The notes under the pieces: generated by a model
Told to the model about the DNA's origin: nothing
Database searches by the model: none
The model's input: only the letters and a program-made list of their open reading frames with translations
Position numbers and translations under genes: made by a program
In this document: positions 59,468-64,000 of the stretch, one piece after another
Layout of the letters: each line of letters opens with the position of its first letter
Position numbering within the stretch: position 1 is the first letter of the stretch
Assembly (NCBI GenBank): GCA_015231825.1
Contig: JADGAV010000002.1
Span: forward strand, 9,914-73,913
Source: SAR324 cluster bacterium
Lineage (GTDB): Bacteria > SAR324 > NAC60-12
DNA length: 64,000 nucleotides
Direction: 5' to 3'

Positions 59468-60235
59468 TCAAAATCGTAAAATATTGAGTCCACCGTCGAT
59501 TCGGATTTCCTGACCGACAGTGTAGGGGAGCCTTCCCTCAGCGATTGAACGGATCACTTCCGCAATATCCTCTGGCGTTCCCCACCTCTGAATGGCTGTC
59601 ATTCCCTGAGCAATAAGTTCATCATATTTCTTTTTGGAAGGAGCTGTCATATCGGTCAGGATCAAGCCCGGCTGAATTTCGTAGACGCCGATTCCTTCAC
59701 CGGCCAGACGCAGGGCAAAGAGTTTTGATGCCATCGACAAAGCAGCTTTTGAAATGCAGTATTCCCCACGCTCAATAGAGGCTGCCACTGCATTGGATGA
59801 AGTAATGAAGACAATACAGCGATGCAGGTCCTCTGCAGGTGAAAAAGATACCATGCGACGGGCTGCTTTCTGCGTGAGAAAAAAAGTGCCGCGTGTGTTG
59901 ATCTCGAGACAATGATTGAAACTTTCGGGAGAAACTTCGAGAAGATCTCCTCTAGAAAATACGGAAACTCCAGCATTATTGACGAGACAGTCAATGCTTC
60001 CAAATTCCTCAATGATCGTATCGAGCATTGCATCGTGGGCGTCCAATTCAGAAATATCACATGGAACCTTAATCACTCTCCGGTTTAAAAGGCGAATTTC
60101 ATTGGCCAGTGAAATTAATTTTTCATTTTCCTTAAGATCATTGATTGCCATATCGTAGCCAAGCCCGGCCAGGGCAAGGGCCGTTGCTCTGCCAATTCCT
60201 TGAGATGCTCCTGTTACCAAAGCCGCTTTGGTCAT
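59468..60235 (-). CDS. Short-chain dehydrogenase/reductase (FabG-like)
   Basis: 'ALVTGASQGIGRATA' TGxxxGxG, 'NNAG', catalytic 'YCISKAAL'; 255 aa. Confidence 0.8.
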   Translation of the reverse strand: MTKAALVTGASQGIGRATALALAGLGYDMAINDLKENEKLISLANEIRLLNRRVIKVPCDISELDAHDAMLDTIIEEFGSIDCLVNNAGVSVFSRGDLLEVSPESFNHCLEINTRGTFFLTQKAARRMVSFSPAEDLHRCIVFITSSNAVAASIERGEYCISKAALSMASKLFALRLAGEGIGVYEIQPGLILTDMTAPSKKKYDELIAQGMTAIQRWGTPEDIAEVIRSIAEGRLPYTVGQEIRIDGGLNILRF

Positions 60236-60248
60236 TTTTAATCCTCAA

Positions 60249-61382
60249 CTACACTTCCAAAAGTTTGCGGGCAATGATCATTCGCTGGATCTGGTTGGTG
60301 CCTTCATAAATCTGAGTAATTTTTGCATCGCGATATAAACGCTCCACCTCAAACCCCCTGATGTAACCGCTGCCTCCGAAAATTTGAATGGCATTGGCCG
60401 TTTGAGCCACTGCCATATCACTGGCAAAACACTTTGCCATCGAGCATGCTGCCGTTGCGTCCATTCCGGCATCCAGCTTTTCGGCAGCTGAAAGTACGAG
60501 AAGACGGGCTGCTTCAATTTCTTTGGCCATATCAGCGAGAAGAAATTGAATTCCCTGAAATTCTGCGATTGCCTGACCAAATTGCTGCCTCATTTTTGCC
60601 TGCCCGATTGCGGCCTCCAGGCCAGCCTGGGCGATGCCCACTGCCAAAGCAGCAATCCCGACGCGGCCTTTGTCCAAAACACTCATCATCATGTGGAATC
60701 CTCTTCCTTCGACCCCCAGCAAGGCTCCCTCATCGATTTGAACTTGGTCGAAACTGAGCTCACCCACCAATGAAGCGCGTTGCCCCATTTTGTGTTCCCT
60801 GGGCCCTTTTTCAACTCCTGGCAAATGACAGTCCACCACAAATATGCTCATTCCCCGTTTTCCTGCTGAGGGATCCGTTCGCGCTAAAACAAAGGCGACA
60901 TCAGCAATCGGAGCATTGTGAATCCACAATTTGTTTCCTGTTAATGTCCATCCCTTTCCGTTCCTTTTTGCAGTCGTTGTAATTCCGGAAACATCGGATC
61001 CCGCGCCGGCTTCAGTGATGCAGTAAGCTCCTCTTTTGCTGGCATTCATCAAAGAGCCCAACCATTGTTTCCGCTGCTCTTCTGTACCGTGTTTAACCAG
61101 CAGGGTCGATAGCAGCTCCACCAGTCCGCACTGATCGGCCACTGAAGCGTAGCCGCGCGCCAGTTCTTCCATTACCAATGCGTATGCTAGGCAGTCAAAT
61201 CCCGCCCCTTCTGCTTCCGCTGGGACCGTAATACCAAAAAGACCCAATTCAGCCATTACGTCATAGATATCCGTCGGAAAAATTTCCTCGCGATCAAGCC
61301 TTTCAGCCTGGGGACGAATCGTCTCGTTGCTGAATTGCTTGGCCATCGAATGGATCTGTTCGTGCTCGGAAGAAAGGATCAT
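60249..61382 (-). CDS. Acyl-CoA dehydrogenase
   Basis: 377 aa; ACAD N-terminal helical, middle beta ('AYCITEAGAGSD') and C-terminal ('QIFGGSGY', 'IYEGTNQIQR') domains. Confidence 0.85.
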   Translation of the reverse strand: MILSSEHEQIHSMAKQFSNETIRPQAERLDREEIFPTDIYDVMAELGLFGITVPAEAEGAGFDCLAYALVMEELARGYASVADQCGLVELLSTLLVKHGTEEQRKQWLGSLMNASKRGAYCITEAGAGSDVSGITTTAKRNGKGWTLTGNKLWIHNAPIADVAFVLARTDPSAGKRGMSIFVVDCHLPGVEKGPREHKMGQRASLVGELSFDQVQIDEGALLGVEGRGFHMMMSVLDKGRVGIAALAVGIAQAGLEAAIGQAKMRQQFGQAIAEFQGIQFLLADMAKEIEAARLLVLSAAEKLDAGMDATAACSMAKCFASDMAVAQTANAIQIFGGSGYIRGFEVERLYRDAKITQIYEGTNQIQRMIIARKLLEV

Positions 61383-61497
61383 AACTTCACTCTCGGGAAA
61401 AATTAAAGTTTGACCGAAATTTTATAAATATCTGCTTCGTCTTGACTTGCAAGAATTATTTTTTTATTGACTTCAAAAGATATATTTGAAATCTTAG

Positions 61498-61511
61498 TAA
61501 CTAACCAGTTA
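61498..61511. promoter_or_regulatory. TAAC-N6-GTTA palindrome (TAACTAACCAGTTA) in the ACAD/CoA-transferase divergent promoter region; putative TetR operator
   Basis: Same outer half-sites as the two sites next to the TetR gene at 63846-63874. Confidence 0.4.
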
Positions 61512-61573
61512 GAAACTTAATAGAAATTGTTTCTTAACATAGGCGATTCTTTCAAGTCAATAAAAAAATCAAA

Positions 61574-63070
61574 ATGGTGAAACTTAGCAAAGCACGAGAG
61601 ATTGCAGAGAAGATTCCGGATGAAGCGACGCTTGCCCTTTCAGGTTCCGGAGGGGGCTTGCTCGAAGCAGACTATATCCTTCAGGCGATTGAAAATTGTT
61701 TTTTGGAAACGGGTCACCCTAAAAATATCACTCTGGTCCATGCTCTCGGCATCGGAGATGGGAAGGGCAGCGGTGTCGGTCGATTTGCTCACAAAGGTAT
61801 GGTCCGCCGGGTAGTGGGCGGTCATTGGTCCTGGGCTCCAGAAATGCAGAAATTGGCTCGCAACAATGAAATTGAAGCATACTCCTTACCTGCCGGCATG
61901 ATTCAGACTCTTTTTCGGGAAATTGGGGCGGGCCGCCCGGGGGTGATTTCATCAACAGGTCTGGGGACTTTTGCCGACCCGATCCATGGAGGCGGGAAAT
62001 GTAATTCGAGAGCTAAGGAAGAAATTGTCGAGAGAGTCCATTTTGCAGGAGAGGAACTGCTCTGGTATAAACCTTTTGAAGTGGATGTCGCTATTGTTTG
62101 CGGCTCTGCGCTTGATGTGAACGGCAATATAAGTACTTCCAGGGAAGCCGCAGATATCGATGTGTTTTCAGTAGCTTTGGCAGGGCATAACAGCGGCGGA
62201 CAAGTTTTTGCTCAAGTGGGCCGGGTTCTTGAAACTGGCATTTGTCCGGCCCGCCTGGTTTGCATCCCGGGGGTTCTGATTGATGAGGTCGTCGTCTATA
62301 AAGAACAGCAGCAAACCTCTGCAGGAGTTTATGATCCAATAATCAGCGGGGAAAGAGAACCGCCTCCGGAAATCGGTGTGGGAGCGCCTCCCGAGGGAGT
62401 TAGACGGATTGTTTGTGCCCGTGCGGCTGAAGAGCTGCAGGCAGGAAAATCGGTCAATTTTGGATTCGGCATCCCGGATGGCATTCCTGCTCTGGCCAGG
62501 GAATTGGGTAAAAATATAGATTGGATGTCAGTTGAGCAGGGGCTTCACAATGCCGAGTTGTTGGGAGGTGCTTTATTTGGGGCAGGACGTTATCCCCAGG
62601 CTATTCTTTCATCGAATGATCAATTTGATTTCTATAACGGAGGAGGTGTTGATCTTGCCTTTCTCGGGATGGGGCAGATTGACCGTCATGGCAATGTCAA
62701 TGTTTCCTGGATAGGTGAGGATATTGTCGGCCCTGGTGGATTTATTGACATTACGCAGTCTGCAAAAAAGGTTGTTTTTTGTGGCACGTTTGAGGCGAAA
62801 GGATTGAAAGTCACACAAAATGACGATGGCCGCATTTCAATTCAGCAATATGGTGAAATTGGAAAAATTGTAGAAGAGGTTCGGCATATCACATTTAGCG
62901 GTAACAGGGCACTGGAGACGGGTCAGCAGGTTTTATATATCACGGAAAGGGCCGTTTTTGATCTGACATCTGATGGGATTCGGTTGATTGAAATCTCACC
63001 CGGAGTTGATTTGCAGCGCGATGTTCTGGAGAGAATACCATTTGAACCGCTCATTGCTTTTCAGGCATAG
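61574..63070 (+). CDS. Family I CoA-transferase, fused alpha/beta (YdiF/acetate-CoA-transferase-like)
   Basis: 498 aa; N-terminal 'ALSGSGGGLLEAD', central 'ELLWYKPFEVDVA' and C-terminal 'GVDLAFLGMGQIDRHGNVN' resemble 3-oxoacid/acetate CoA-transferases in single-chain form. Confidence 0.7.
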   Translation: MVKLSKAREIAEKIPDEATLALSGSGGGLLEADYILQAIENCFLETGHPKNITLVHALGIGDGKGSGVGRFAHKGMVRRVVGGHWSWAPEMQKLARNNEIEAYSLPAGMIQTLFREIGAGRPGVISSTGLGTFADPIHGGGKCNSRAKEEIVERVHFAGEELLWYKPFEVDVAIVCGSALDVNGNISTSREAADIDVFSVALAGHNSGGQVFAQVGRVLETGICPARLVCIPGVLIDEVVVYKEQQQTSAGVYDPIISGEREPPPEIGVGAPPEGVRRIVCARAAEELQAGKSVNFGFGIPDGIPALARELGKNIDWMSVEQGLHNAELLGGALFGAGRYPQAILSSNDQFDFYNGGGVDLAFLGMGQIDRHGNVNVSWIGEDIVGPGGFIDITQSAKKVVFCGTFEAKGLKVTQNDDGRISIQQYGEIGKIVEEVRHITFSGNRALETGQQVLYITERAVFDLTSDGIRLIEISPGVDLQRDVLERIPFEPLIAFQA

Positions 63071-63092
63071 TTCCCCTCGTCCGCCACCGGGA

Positions 63093-63737
63093 TTAATTTT
63101 TTTCTGTCTTGACCAGTCTGAGAATAACTTCTTTGTTGAATTTTCCTCGTGTTTTGAGGGCCTTTTCTTCCATGAAATCCATGCCGAATAAAATGGAACC
63201 GCTGTAGCGATTGGTCAGGTAATAATAACCCACGGCCGCGATGGTGATACACAGTTGAACGGCATCGACACCTTTACGAAAAACACCGCTCGCTACTCCG
63301 CGGTCCAGGATGTTTTTAACGAGGGTGACGTGGCCGGAATGAAGTTGAGTCATATCAATGGAAAAGTCACTCAAATGTCTCGCCTTGTGCAGATTGGCGC
63401 TGTTGACCAGTGCCATGAATTCGGGGTGAGACAGATAATAGTCCCAGGTGAATTCTACCAGCTTGGAAAGTGCTTTTTCCGGTTTGAGATGGTCCAGCTC
63501 GAGCTTTTTCTCTTCCTCGCGGATGTCGTTGTAAGCAACCATCAAAACCCTGGAAAACAACGCTTCCTTGTTTCCAAAATATTGATATATCATACGTTTG
63601 TTAGCTTTGGCTTTTTTTGCTATCTGGTCCACACGGGCACCGGCAAAACCATTTTGTGCAAATTCCTTGTACGCGGCATTAAAAATTCTTCTTTTGGTCG
63701 CGTCAGCGTTTCTTGTTTGAATTTTAGCCTTTGTCAT
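63093..63737 (-). CDS. TetR/AcrR-family transcriptional regulator
   Basis: N-terminal HTH 'TKRRIFNAAYKEFAQNGFAGARVDQIAKKAKANKRMIYQYFGNKEALF'; 214 aa. Confidence 0.8.
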   Translation of the reverse strand: MTKAKIQTRNADATKRRIFNAAYKEFAQNGFAGARVDQIAKKAKANKRMIYQYFGNKEALFSRVLMVAYNDIREEEKKLELDHLKPEKALSKLVEFTWDYYLSHPEFMALVNSANLHKARHLSDFSIDMTQLHSGHVTLVKNILDRGVASGVFRKGVDAVQLCITIAAVGYYYLTNRYSGSILFGMDFMEEKALKTRGKFNKEVILRLVKTEKN

Positions 63738-63845
63738 CTCTGTGCAATGCTGGATAGATTATTAATAGTTTTCTTTAATATCACGGCTTCTCGCTGCCGG
63801 CCAATATTTTTATAAAAAAAGATTGACAGCGCAATTTATATATTG

Positions 63846-63874
63846 TAACCAATTGGTTAGTAACGAACTAGTTA
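63846..63874. promoter_or_regulatory. Two adjacent 14-bp TAAC-N6-GTTA palindromes (TAACCAATTGGTTA; TAACGAACTAGTTA) upstream of the TetR gene; putative operators
   Basis: The first is a perfect 14-bp palindrome; the second begins 1 bp later with the same outer TAAC/GTTA; a -35-like TTGACA lies ~20 bp upstream. Confidence 0.45.
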
Positions 63875-63934
63875 TATACATAATTTGTTCGGTCAAGTGA
63901 AATCAAAATAATATTAGGAGGTCACATGAAATAT

Positions 63935-64000
63935 TCAAGACGTAAATTTATTAAAACCGGGACAATGCTGGCCGGATCTGCGGCGCTGTCTTCTTCACTG
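63935..64000 (+). CDS. 5' end of a gene encoding a Tat-signal protein (partial)
   Basis: 'MKYSRRKFIKTGTMLAGSAALSSS' twin-arginine leader after a good SD (AGGAGG); truncated by the window edge. Confidence 0.35.

Overview
This 64-kb window reads as dense, mostly core bacterial chromosome, with about 58 protein-coding genes and few intergenic gaps. No rRNA, tRNA, CRISPR array or intact mobile element is recognisable. The cbb3 oxidase layout (fused ccoNO, monoheme ccoP, ccoS leading the operon) together with roughly 45% GC suggests an FCB-group-like or related marine lineage, but the phylum call is tentative.

From left to right the window holds:
- housekeeping genes (SixA-like phosphatase, pyruvate kinase, hydrolases, nitroreductase, EamA exporter, family III CoA-transferase);
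- a tesA-ybbA-ybbP-like esterase/ABC module;
- a Bat-like aerotolerance-type membrane module (BatD/DUF4381 chimera plus BatA-type VWA protein) that lacks the usual MoxR ATPase and DUF58 partners and is preceded by a 732-aa acidic protein with no recognisable domain. This is the best candidate for an undescribed system;
- a decaying VapBC-like toxin-antitoxin pair whose only lesions are in-frame stop codons, just downstream of a tandem palindromic repeat;
- tldD-pmbA, a thiolase, sthA, a glutathione S-transferase, ilvE-type aminotransferase and a dehydrogenase;
- an orphan 1082-aa Cache/PAS sensor histidine kinase;
- an agmatinase with a DUF350 membrane protein;
- a complete FCB-type cbb3 oxidase operon (ccoS-ccoNO-ccoQ-ccoP-ccoG-fixH-DsbD_2-ccoI);
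- a DctPQM TRAP transporter;
- an operon of FucU, a pfkB kinase, an enolase-superfamily dipeptide-epimerase-like protein and an alpha-oxoamine-synthase-family PLP enzyme;
- a convergent Dpp-type peptide ABC operon carrying two D-aminopeptidase-type hydrolases (a DAP-like serine hydrolase inside the transporter operon and an M55 DppA), which looks like a D-amino-acid or murein-peptide salvage island;
- a CUT2 sugar ABC transporter with no binding protein, fused to an SDR/acyl-CoA dehydrogenase/CoA-transferase/TetR lipid-type cluster that carries a recurring TAAC-N6-GTTA operator-like palindrome.

Every functional call is made by eye from the translations, with no database search, so family-level calls are firmer than specific substrates.
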